From: Candidatus Aminicenantes bacterium
GTDB lineage: Bacteria; Acidobacteriota; Aminicenantia; Aminicenantales; UBA4085
Direction of reading: 5' to 3'
DNA length: 64,000 bases
NCBI GenBank assembly: GCA_026393865.1
Contig: JAPKZI010000044.1
Coordinates: forward strand, 571 to 64,570
Shown: positions 18,993 to 26,969 of the stretch, piece after piece
How positions within the stretch are numbered: position 1 is the first letter of the stretch
How the letters are laid out: every line of letters starts with the position of its first letter
Notes under the pieces: model-generated
The model's database searches: none
Seen by the model: only the letters and a program-made list of their open reading frames with translations
What the model was told of the DNA's origin: nothing
Made by a program: the position numbers and the translations under genes

Positions 18993-19915
18993 TGTTCCGT
19001 GCCTCCCGAGACGATCTTGAGGTAAAGGTCCTCGATGTTCATGGCCATGGGTCGCATCTCAAGCAGTCCGAACCGCTTTTCGACGAGGAGCCGGACGATG
19101 TCGTCCCGCAGGTCCAATCCGGGTTTCCATTCGACCTTGAGCTCGCCGTCCGCGGCTTCGACCTTGTCGACGCCGGCGATCTTGCGGATCTCGGCCGCGG
19201 CCTCCGGGCCGTCCTTCCTGACTTTGATGAACAGGCCTTCTTTATGGCGGATCGAGGCGGTCAGGTCCTCAAGCGAGCCCGAGGCCATCAGCCGGCCCTC
19301 GTTGATGATGACGACGCCGTCGCAGGTCTGGGTGACCTCGGGCAGGATGTGCGTCGAGAGGATGATCGTGTGCTCGCCCTTGAGCGATTTGATGAGGCTG
19401 CGGATCTCGATGATCTGGGCCGGATCGAGGCCGATCGTCGGCTCGTCCAGGATGAGGACGAGCGGATCGTGAACGAGGGCCTGGGCGATGCCGACCCGCT
19501 GCTTGTAGCCGCGGGAGATGTTCTTGATGAGGCGGCCCTTGACCGACTCCAGCCCGGTGGTCTTGACGACCTTGGCCACGGACTCCGTCCGCCGGCCCGC
19601 CGGGACCTTCTTGATGGCGGCGACAAAGCCCAGGTATTCGGTCACGGTCATATCGGGATAAAGAGGGAGGGTCTCGGGCAGATAGCCGAGAATCTTCTTG
19701 ACCTCGTTGGGCTGCTCGAAGACATCGAGGTTCCCGACCGAGGCCCGGCCTTCCGTGGCCGGCAGGAAGCCGGTCAGAATGCGCATGGTGGTGGTCTTGC
19801 CGGCCGCGTTGGGACCGAGAAGTCCCCAGATCTTGCCTTTTTCGACCTTGAAGCTCAGGTCGCGGACGGCCGTCAGATCACCGTATTTCTTGGTGAGATG
19901 GTCAACGGCAATCAT
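18989..19915 (-). CDS. ABC transporter ATP-binding protein (GldA-like)
   Basis: Walker A 'GPNAAGKTT', signature 'ISRGYKQR', Walker B 'LILDEPT'. Strong RBS GGAGG. Confidence 0.9.
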   Translation of the reverse strand: MIAVDHLTKKYGDLTAVRDLSFKVEKGKIWGLLGPNAAGKTTTMRILTGFLPATEGRASVGNLDVFEQPNEVKKILGYLPETLPLYPDMTVTEYLGFVAAIKKVPAGRRTESVAKVVKTTGLESVKGRLIKNISRGYKQRVGIAQALVHDPLVLILDEPTIGLDPAQIIEIRSLIKSLKGEHTIILSTHILPEVTQTCDGVVIINEGRLMASGSLEDLTASIRHKEGLFIKVRKDGPEAAAEIRKIAGVDKVEAADGELKVEWKPGLDLRDDIVRLLVEKRFGLLEMRPMAMNIEDLYLKIVSGGTEQ

Positions 19916-19966
19916 TCATGAACCTCCTTTTTTTCCTTTTTCCATAATTCTCCTCACAGAAGTGTC

Positions 19967-21904
19967 TTACATCCGGTCCGGAACGGGGATCCCCAGAAGG
20001 TCGAGGGATCGGGCCAGGACGTCCCGAGCGCTCAAAATGATCAGGATCCGGACGGCCTTGACGGCCGCGTTCCCTTCAGCCAGGACCGGATATTTATGGT
20101 AATACCCGTTCAGCTTCTGGCAGAGGTTGAAGGTGTATTTAGCCAGGTGGGAGAACTCGAGCGAAGAGATCGAATGAAGGACCTCTTCCTCGAATTTAGC
20201 CACGTAGGACACGACGTCCCAGAGGTCGGCCTGCTCTTCCGGAGCCAGCGCCTCGAAAGAGACGTCCGCTCCGGCCGCGAGCTTCTCCAGGTCGGCCTCC
20301 GTCGTCCCTTCGCGCTCTTCCATCTTGCGGAAGATGCTGTTGAGCCGGACGCACGAGTATTGGAGGGAGGGTCCGGTCTCGCCGTCGAAGCTTAAAGCGT
20401 CGTCGAAATCGAAGATGATCAGAGAGTTACGCGAGTATTTGAGCATGAAATAGCGGAGCGCGCCGGAAGCGATTTCGGCGCCGGTGCGCTTTTTCGGCTC
20501 GAACGCGATTTCGGGATTTCTTTTGTCGACCTCGGCGAAGGCCTTCTGCTCGAGCCGGTCGAGGAGGTCGTCGGCCTTGACCCCCAGCCCTTTCCGTCCG
20601 GAGACCTCGACGAAGGCCCGGCCTTCATCCTCCGGCGACGGCTTCAGGTTCAATTCTTTCAGGCTGCGGGGGGACAGGGCGACCATCTCGTAGGAGAAAT
20701 GGATCGATTTTTCCGCCTGCGCCTCGAAATGGAGGGCGCGCAAACCCTGGACGACGACCTTTTGGAGATAGGATTGGCGCGTATCGATGACATTGTAGAC
20801 CTTCGTCGCGGCCCCGAACGACTGGCCTCCCGCGTTAGGCCGGGCCGTGCTGATCCAGACCGTTCGGCCGTTCTCCCGGAGGAACGGCTCATAAAAGAAA
20901 TCCTTTTCCAGGAGCCCGAATTTCCAGAGCTGATAGGCGATGTCCTTGCCGACATAGGTGACCGTCCCGTCCGAGCGGACGATGATCTTCTCTTTGTCGT
21001 CCTCGTCCTCGAGCTTCATCACCCAGCATTTCGCGTTCGGTCCGTCCTCGACATGATAAATGCCGTGCTTTTCTTTGAGGAGGGCGTAAGCCCTCTCCCA
21101 GAATTTGAGCCCGAGGATGCTGCTTTCGCAGGGGAGGACGTCGTAGGCCGCCCCGATGCGCTTCATGGTCGCCAGGTGGGCGCGGAGGATCCGGCGCGAA
21201 ACGGTTTGGGCCATGGCGGCCTCGGGATCCCGACCGTGCTCGATCTTCTTCAGGATTTCGGCCTTTCGCGTCCGGGCTTCGGGATGGGATTCGAGATAGG
21301 CGGACGTGCGGGCGTAGAGGTCCCAGCAGTAGAAATCGAACTTGTCCCTGATGGCCTCGAGGTCGGCGAGAGTTTTTTTCTCGAGCTCGAGGAGGCCGAA
21401 GACGACATCCACGACCTGGACCCCGGTATCGTCGATGTAGTTTTGGACCTCGACGGTCTCGCCTTTGTATCTCAGACAGCGGACGAGCGTGTCGCCCAGG
21501 CAGGCGTTGCGGAGGTGACCGATGTGGGCGGCCTTGTTGGGGTTGATGTTGGTGTGCTCGACGATGATCTTGCGTTCGTCCGGTCGCAGCGACCGGTCAT
21601 GGCGGCTTCCGAGCAGGCGCTCGAAAAATTCCTTCCGGTCGAGAAAGAGATTGATGTATCCGGCGCCCGCGACCTCCATCTTTTCGACGCCCGGAAGCGG
21701 GCCGATCCGGGCCATCATCTCCTGGGCGAGCGGACGGGGATTGGTCTTGAGCTTTTTGGCCAGCTGGAACGGGAAGGACAGGGCCAGGTCGCCCATCTTC
21801 GCCTGAGGCGGATAGATGAAGTCGATATCGGATTCCGCGGCGGGAAAGGCGTCCCGGAGTCTCTCGAAGATGATCGTTCGAAGCTGGGTCTTGGTTTTTA
21901 GCAT
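19967..21904 (-). CDS. argS: Arginine--tRNA ligase
   Basis: Class I 'HIGH' motif as 'AAHIGHLRN', anticodon-binding C-terminal domain ending in '...DRM' typical of ArgRS. Confidence 0.9.
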   Translation of the reverse strand: MLKTKTQLRTIIFERLRDAFPAAESDIDFIYPPQAKMGDLALSFPFQLAKKLKTNPRPLAQEMMARIGPLPGVEKMEVAGAGYINLFLDRKEFFERLLGSRHDRSLRPDERKIIVEHTNINPNKAAHIGHLRNACLGDTLVRCLRYKGETVEVQNYIDDTGVQVVDVVFGLLELEKKTLADLEAIRDKFDFYCWDLYARTSAYLESHPEARTRKAEILKKIEHGRDPEAAMAQTVSRRILRAHLATMKRIGAAYDVLPCESSILGLKFWERAYALLKEKHGIYHVEDGPNAKCWVMKLEDEDDKEKIIVRSDGTVTYVGKDIAYQLWKFGLLEKDFFYEPFLRENGRTVWISTARPNAGGQSFGAATKVYNVIDTRQSYLQKVVVQGLRALHFEAQAEKSIHFSYEMVALSPRSLKELNLKPSPEDEGRAFVEVSGRKGLGVKADDLLDRLEQKAFAEVDKRNPEIAFEPKKRTGAEIASGALRYFMLKYSRNSLIIFDFDDALSFDGETGPSLQYSCVRLNSIFRKMEEREGTTEADLEKLAAGADVSFEALAPEEQADLWDVVSYVAKFEEEVLHSISSLEFSHLAKYTFNLCQKLNGYYHKYPVLAEGNAAVKAVRILIILSARDVLARSLDLLGIPVPDRM

Positions 21905-21917
21905 CTCGGGGCCGCTT

Positions 21918-21926
21918 ATTATACCA
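21918..21926 (-). promoter_or_regulatory. Extended -10 promoter element for argS (TGgTATAAT)
   Basis: Minus strand reads TGGTATAAT, then 13 nt, then the argS ATG. No recognisable -35 or Shine-Dalgarno. Confidence 0.4.
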
Positions 21927-21957
21927 GAAACCGCTTTCTTTTGCGGGCGAGGCGAAG

Positions 21958-22061
21958 AAAGGGGGACGACGCATCCTGTCCCCAGTTTATCTATTTCCGT
22001 TATATATATTTCCCTTTAGAAAGTGAAAAGAAAAGAGGGACAGGATGCGTCGTCCCCCTTT
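21958..22061. repeat. 25-bp perfect inverted repeat flanking a 54-nt AT-rich core
   Basis: AAAGGGGGACGACGCATCCTGTCCC (21958-21982) is the exact reverse complement of GGGACAGGATGCGTCGTCCCCCTTT (22037-22061). Each arm is also self-complementary (GGGGAC-N10-GTCCCC). Confidence 0.9.
22021..22058 (-). terminator. Possible intrinsic terminator of the sugar-modification operon (right arm of the inverted repeat)
   Basis: On the minus strand GGGGAC-gacgcatcct-GTCCCU is followed by CUUUUCUUUUCACUU, directly after the methyltransferase stop (22067). Confidence 0.4.
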
Positions 22062-22066
22062 TTCCG

Positions 22067-22810
22067 TTATTTTTTTTGGGCGAGACAGAAGAGGGAACTG
22101 CCCCAGGGCAGGTTGATTTTCTTCGTTAGAAGCGCTTCGATCTTGAGGATGCCGGTAAGAAGGCCGTTGGCCGGCCGCGGGAGTGCTTTGAGATCGGATT
22201 CGGGCGCGTTTGTTTTCGCGCCCCGGAACTTCTCCGTCATCCGGAACATGAAGATGAACGGGAAGAGAAAAAAGTTGTAGTAACTCAGCCGGATGACCTG
22301 GAATCCGGCTTTCTCCAGTTTCTGTTTGAGATCTTTTTTCCGGTAGCGCTCCCGGGCGTGGACGGCCAGGTCGTGACGGCTTCGCAGGACGTTGAAAGCG
22401 CTGTCGGCGACGAGAAGCAGCCCGCCCGGCCTCAGCGTTCGATGGACGTCCTTCAAGGCGGAGACATCGTCGAGGATGTTCTTGTGATAAAGGACATCGA
22501 GGAGGGAGGCGGCATCGAACGATCCGTCCTTGTAAGGAAGACGCTGAACGTCGGCGCGCGCCAGATTTTTGAGGCCTCGCTTCCGGCAGAACACCAGCGC
22601 CTCCTCCGAATAATCACAGCCGAACACGGGTCCGAACCGGGCGAAGACGGTCATGTTGAATCCGGTGCCGCAGCCCGCATCGAGCCAAACCAGGGGGCGG
22701 CGAGTCGTCCCCTGCGATCGGAGCAGATTGAGGAGGATTTTGCGGCGGCCCCGGAACCACCAGAACGATTCCTCGAGCTCGAAATGCTTTTGGTATTCGG
22801 CTTTTTCCAA
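22067..22810 (-). CDS. Class I SAM-dependent methyltransferase
   Basis: 'WLDAGCGTGFN' SAM-binding motif I, 'FDAASLLDVLYH', 'LRPGGLLLV'. Start set at TTG 22810, just after the DegT stop. The longer track ORF overlaps DegT by about 290 nt. Confidence 0.7.
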   Translation of the reverse strand: MEKAEYQKHFELEESFWWFRGRRKILLNLLRSQGTTRRPLVWLDAGCGTGFNMTVFARFGPVFGCDYSEEALVFCRKRGLKNLARADVQRLPYKDGSFDAASLLDVLYHKNILDDVSALKDVHRTLRPGGLLLVADSAFNVLRSRHDLAVHARERYRKKDLKQKLEKAGFQVIRLSYYNFFLFPFIFMFRMTEKFRGAKTNAPESDLKALPRPANGLLTGILKIEALLTKKINLPWGSSLFCLAQKK

Positions 22811-22827
22811 GGCACCGCCCCGCGCCG

Positions 22828-24084
22828 CTAGGCTCTTCGCCCCGATCCGCGGAGCTTCTTTATAGCCAGGCAAACAGCCGCGATCTGGGCCTGAGTCAGG
22901 GCCAGACCCGACGGAACATAAAAACCCTTTCGCGACAGCTCCTCGGATACAGGGAAGCGCAGCCCGCGATACGCTTTGTCCTTCGCGAATACGGGCTGTT
23001 TGTGAACGGGCAAGAAGAACGCCCGCGTGTCGATCCCGGCGTCCTTGAGCTTCGCCATGACGTCGTCGCGCGAAAGTCCGAATTCCTCCTCGACGAGGAC
23101 GGCGTACATCCAATAGACATTCCGGGCCCAGGTCATCTCTTCAGGCAGGGTTAGACCGCGAACGCCGGCCAATCCTTTCTTATAGGCGGCGGCCATCGTC
23201 CGTTTAAGGGCGATGTAACCATCGATCTCCTCGAGCTGGGCCAGCCCGATGGCGGCCTGGACGTTGGTCATCCGGTAATTGAAGGCCAGCTCGGTATGGA
23301 GAAATCTTTTGCCCGGGGCGTGGGCCAGGTCTTTGAGGCGGCGGCACCTGTCGGCGAGCGCATCGTCGTTCGTCACGACCATTCCGCCTTCGCCCGTCGT
23401 GACGATCTTGTTGGCGTAGAAGCTGAAGCAGCCGATGTCGCCGATGGCCCCGGCCTGAAGCGCTTTCCTCGGGCCTCCCCTTTTTTCCGGGGAAGGGGAG
23501 GGGGGATTCTTCATGGATTCGCCCGGCGGATAAGGATAATAGAGCGCGCCATGGGCCTCGGCCGCGTCTTCGATGACGAGCAGGCCGAACTCCCGGGCGA
23601 TGGCCAGGATCTCATCCATGGGACAGGGATGCCCATAGAGATGGACGGGAAGGATTGCCCGGACGCGGCCTCCGGTCCTTTTATTGACCAGAGCTTTTTT
23701 CTTTTTGTCGAAGCGGCCGTCTTTCCGGATGAAATCCCGCACCTTCGTCGGATCCAGGTTGAAAATCGCCCGGTCCACGTCCACGAGCGCCGGCTTCGCG
23801 CCCGTGTAGAGGACGGCGTACGGGACGGCGATCATGGTCAGGTCCGGGATAATGACCTCGTCGCCCGGCCCGACGCCGGCCGCCGCCAAGGCCAGATGAA
23901 TGGCGGTAGTGCCGCTCGTCGTCGTGACGGCGTGCTTGACGCCGATATATCGGGCGAAGGCGGCCTCGAATTTCCGGATGTATTCGCCGGCCGACGAGAT
24001 CCAGCCGCTCTTGATGCAGTCGGCGACGTATTGGAGGGCATTCTTGGCGATCAGGGGCTCATTGACGGGGATCATGATCATCAA
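22828..24084 (-). CDS. DegT/DnrJ/EryC1/StrS-family PLP-dependent sugar aminotransferase
   Basis: 'VTTTSGTTAIHLAL', 'LPVHLYGHPCPMDEI', 'SFYANKIVTTGEGGMV' (PLP lysine block). Carries an unusual Pro-rich insertion. Confidence 0.85.
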   Translation of the reverse strand: MMIMIPVNEPLIAKNALQYVADCIKSGWISSAGEYIRKFEAAFARYIGVKHAVTTTSGTTAIHLALAAAGVGPGDEVIIPDLTMIAVPYAVLYTGAKPALVDVDRAIFNLDPTKVRDFIRKDGRFDKKKKALVNKRTGGRVRAILPVHLYGHPCPMDEILAIAREFGLLVIEDAAEAHGALYYPYPPGESMKNPPSPSPEKRGGPRKALQAGAIGDIGCFSFYANKIVTTGEGGMVVTNDDALADRCRRLKDLAHAPGKRFLHTELAFNYRMTNVQAAIGLAQLEEIDGYIALKRTMAAAYKKGLAGVRGLTLPEEMTWARNVYWMYAVLVEEEFGLSRDDVMAKLKDAGIDTRAFFLPVHKQPVFAKDKAYRGLRFPVSEELSRKGFYVPSGLALTQAQIAAVCLAIKKLRGSGRRA

Positions 24085-24482
24085 AAGAATTCCTTGTCGT
24101 CGAAACCGGCGTAGGGGCCTTGCTTGACCTCGATCATTTTGGCCTCTTCGAGGACTTTCACCTTGTGGCCGCCTTGCGCCAGGAGGATGGCGTCGCCCGG
24201 CTTCATGAGCAGGGTCTTGAGTTTTTCGCCGTCGTCGTCGAACAGCTCGACCCGGATCCTCCCTTCGAGAAGGACGAGGACCTCCTGCGTCCGGAAGATC
24301 TCCCGCTTGACCAGCTTGTGCCGGTGGCGTTTGACGACCTTTCCCTTCGGGTGAATGAGCATTCCCAACTGCTGGGAGAATTCGCCGGGCGTGAAGAAAT
24401 TCGGGCCGGGATTCGAGAATTCCCGGCGGAGGACGATGGCGTAGAGGTGGCCGTTCTTGGTGATCCGGATGAGACCTTTCAT
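24081..24482 (-). CDS. Small cupin-fold protein (WbuC/FdtA-like sugar-modification cupin)
   Basis: 133 aa. 'HPKGKVVKRHRHK...QEVLVLLEGRIRVELFD...GDAILLAQGGHKV' is the cupin two-motif pattern. Sits between GT2 and aminotransferase with a 4-nt overlap. Confidence 0.55.
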   Translation of the reverse strand: MKGLIRITKNGHLYAIVLRREFSNPGPNFFTPGEFSQQLGMLIHPKGKVVKRHRHKLVKREIFRTQEVLVLLEGRIRVELFDDDGEKLKTLLMKPGDAILLAQGGHKVKVLEEAKMIEVKQGPYAGFDDKEFF

Positions 24483-24483
24483 G

Positions 24484-25233
24484 TTATTCGACCCTCGTGA
24501 AGCGGAGTTTGACCGTCAGCCAGACGTATTTCCAGCCTTTCTTGATGAAATCGGAGAATTTCTGGCCGGTCTTGCCGACGCCCGTCCGCCGCTCGACGCA
24601 CATGTATGGGATCTCGGCGACCTTGTAGCCCAGCTTCCGGGCCCGGAAGATGAAGTCGATGAAATATTCGCCGTAGTCGCCGCGGAGCGTGATCTTATCC
24701 AGGACCCGGCGCCGGAAGGCGATGAATCCGCTCGTGTAGTCGCCGAAATCCCGGCCGAGGAGGGCGCGGATGAAACGGTTCAGGGTCACGCTCATGAGGT
24801 AGGCGAGGAGGGTGTCGTTGCTGCCGGTGACGATCTGGACGCCGCCGCCTTTGACGTAGCGGCTGCCGACGGCGACGTCGAGACCCCCGGCAATCCCATC
24901 CAGGAGGTCCTTGATCTTATGCGGCGGCATGGAGAAATCGCAGTCCGACCAGACGATGACCTCGCCCCGGGAAGAGGCGATCCCGTCGCGGAGCGCCGAG
25001 GCCAGGCCCTTTTTATCGATCCGCCGCAGAAGATGGAGATGGGGGTGATTCTTTTGCATGCCCTCGACGATTTGCCAGGTGCCGTCCGGCGAATTGTCGT
25101 CCACGACGATGATTTCCGTGCTGGAAGGGGTGTATTTCAGGACCTCGAGGATGATCGGGCCGATGTTGTCCCGCTCGTTAAAGGTCGGGAAGATGATCGA
25201 CACGTCCCGCGCCGGCCGCTCTGTCGTGTTCAT
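24484..25233 (-). CDS. Family 2 glycosyltransferase (polyprenol-phosphate sugar transferase, DPM1/ArnC-like)
   Basis: 'VSIIFPTFNERDNIG', 'EIIVVDDNSPDGT', 'VIVWSDCDFSMPP'. Start set at ATG 25233, 10 nt after a TAAAAT box. An alternative ATG is at 25311. Confidence 0.75.
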   Translation of the reverse strand: MNTTERPARDVSIIFPTFNERDNIGPIILEVLKYTPSSTEIIVVDDNSPDGTWQIVEGMQKNHPHLHLLRRIDKKGLASALRDGIASSRGEVIVWSDCDFSMPPHKIKDLLDGIAGGLDVAVGSRYVKGGGVQIVTGSNDTLLAYLMSVTLNRFIRALLGRDFGDYTSGFIAFRRRVLDKITLRGDYGEYFIDFIFRARKLGYKVAEIPYMCVERRTGVGKTGQKFSDFIKKGWKYVWLTVKLRFTRVE

Positions 25234-25365
25234 GGGCAGTGGTATTTTACCTGTTCTGGCGAAGGGATGCCAGAAGGAAATGGAAAAGAGAACCGGGCCG
25301 AGGGTGGCCATGCTCTCAAGCGTTCTTCACAGTCCCCGCGTTCCCCCAAATTCGCGCCAATTCAT

Positions 25366-25394
25366 TTGACCCCGTTCCCGGGATATGATAATAA
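25366..25394 (+). promoter_or_regulatory. sigma70-like promoter with extended -10 for the gcv-gly operon
   Basis: TTGACC (25366-25371), 17-nt spacer ending in TGa, TAATAA (25389-25394). Confidence 0.4.
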
Positions 25395-25440
25395 ATTAGT
25401 CTACTTTCTCTTGTCTTCATCCTAATAAGGACGCCATCAT

Positions 25441-26529
25441 ATGAAACAAACACGCTTCAACGCCAACCATCGCCGACTCGGGGCCAAGATGATCGAGTTC
25501 TGCGGCTGGGACATGCCCGTCGAGTACAAAGGCATCATCGACGAGCACATCGCCTGCCGGACGGCCGCCGGCCTGTTCGACGTCAGCCACATGGGCGAGA
25601 TCCACGTGACCGGCAAGGATGCCCTGGCTTTCGTCCAGCACATTTCGCCGAACGACGCCGCCCGTCTTTCGCCCGGCATGATCCAGTACACGGCCTTGAT
25701 GACGGCCAAGGGCACGTATGTGGACGACATGCTGGTCTATTGCCTCCATCCGGAGTTCTATCTCCTCGTCGTCAACGCCGCCAACACCGACAAGGACTAC
25801 GCCTATATCGTCGCCCAGAAGGGCGCCTTCCAGATCGGCTTGGACAACCCCTCGGACCGATACAGCCAGCTCGCCCTCCAGGGCCGCAAGGCGATCGCGA
25901 TCCTCCAGCCCATGACCGACGTCGTCCTGGCGCCGATGAAGTCTTTCACCTGCGCTTTCGGCAAGGTGCTCGGAAAAGAATGCCTGGTCTCCCGGACGGG
26001 CTACACGGGCGAGGACGGATTCGAGATCTACACGCTGGACCGCGAGCCGGGCCCGATCTGGGACGCGATCATCGAGTCCGGAAAGCCGTACGGCCTCCAG
26101 CCGGTCGGCTTGGGCGCCCGCGACACCCTCCGCCTCGAGGCTAAGCTCCCGCTCTACGGTAACGACATCGACGACACGACCACCCCCTTGGAGGCGGACT
26201 TCAAGTGGATCGTCAAGTTCAAGAAGGGCGAATTCCTCGGATGCGACGTTCTTGTCCGCCAGAACGAGCAGGGGATCAGCCGGAAGCTGGTCGGCTTCGA
26301 ACTCGTGGACCGGGGGATCGCCCGGCCGCATTACCCCGTCTATGTGGGCGGCGTCCAAGCGGGCCAAGTCGCCTCGGGGACGTTCTCGCCGCTCTTCAAG
26401 AAGAGCCTCGGACTCGTCTATCTGCCGATCGGTCAAACGGCGGTCGGCACGGAGTTCGAGATCGGGATCCGCGACAAACGGGTCCGGGCCAAGGTCGTCC
26501 CCACGCCGTTCTATAAGAGGAATTATTGA
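25441..26529 (+). CDS. gcvT: Glycine cleavage system aminomethyltransferase (T protein)
   Basis: 'GWDMPVEYKGIIDEHIACRTAAGLFDVSHMGEI', 'SRTGYTGEDGFEI'. Confidence 0.93.
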   Translation: MKQTRFNANHRRLGAKMIEFCGWDMPVEYKGIIDEHIACRTAAGLFDVSHMGEIHVTGKDALAFVQHISPNDAARLSPGMIQYTALMTAKGTYVDDMLVYCLHPEFYLLVVNAANTDKDYAYIVAQKGAFQIGLDNPSDRYSQLALQGRKAIAILQPMTDVVLAPMKSFTCAFGKVLGKECLVSRTGYTGEDGFEIYTLDREPGPIWDAIIESGKPYGLQPVGLGARDTLRLEAKLPLYGNDIDDTTTPLEADFKWIVKFKKGEFLGCDVLVRQNEQGISRKLVGFELVDRGIARPHYPVYVGGVQAGQVASGTFSPLFKKSLGLVYLPIGQTAVGTEFEIGIRDKRVRAKVVPTPFYKRNY

Positions 26530-26581
26530 GCGGCTCGCAATGACAACCGGTATCAAGAATTTTTCCTAGGAGGACAACCGC

Positions 26582-26968
26582 ATGTATCCGAACAATTACC
26601 ATTACACGAAAGATCATGAGTGGGTCGCGGTGAACGGCGACACGGCCACTGTCGGCATCACCGATTACGCCCAGAACCATCTCGGCGACGTCGTTTACAT
26701 CGAACTTCCCGCCGTCGGCAAACACCTGGACGTCCATCAGACGATCGGGTCGATCGAGTCGGTCAAGGCCGTTTCAGAGGTCTTTTCCCCGGTCTCCGGC
26801 GAGGTCGTCGAAGCCAACATCGAGCTCAACAACTCCCCCGAGGCAGTCAACCAGGACCCCCACGGCAAGGGCTGGATCATCCGCCTTAAGATGAAGAACA
26901 AAGGCGACCTCCAGGCCCTGATGAGCGCGGCGGACTACGAAAAATATCTGGAAGGACTCGAAGCTTAA
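26582..26968 (+). CDS. gcvH: Glycine cleavage system H protein
   Basis: 'YTKDHEWV', lipoyl-lysine block 'IESVKAVSEVFSPVSGEV'. Confidence 0.93.
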   Translation: MYPNNYHYTKDHEWVAVNGDTATVGITDYAQNHLGDVVYIELPAVGKHLDVHQTIGSIESVKAVSEVFSPVSGEVVEANIELNNSPEAVNQDPHGKGWIIRLKMKNKGDLQALMSAADYEKYLEGLEA

Positions 26969-26969
26969 C

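Noticed and set aside
17208-19025. 605-aa plus-strand ORF
   Set aside because: It is antisense to the gldG-like and ABC-2 permease genes. Its acidic/Gly-rich sequence has no motifs.
21905-21957. T-box or attenuator leader for argS (and for glyQ at 29762..29764)
   Set aside because: The argS 5' UTR can be at most a few nucleotides if the extended -10 is real. glyQ has essentially no upstream spacer. No specifier/T-box sequence is present.
22811-23113. N-terminal extension of the methyltransferase ORF
   Set aside because: It overlaps the DegT 3' end in another frame and has no methyltransferase-like sequence. The start is moved to TTG 22810, though that start codon itself remains uncertain.
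25234-25440. Glycine riboswitch upstream of gcvT
   Set aside because: I looked for the conserved GGAGAG / ACCGAAGGGGCAA-type blocks and tandem aptamers and found none. The leader after the putative promoter is only about 45 nt.
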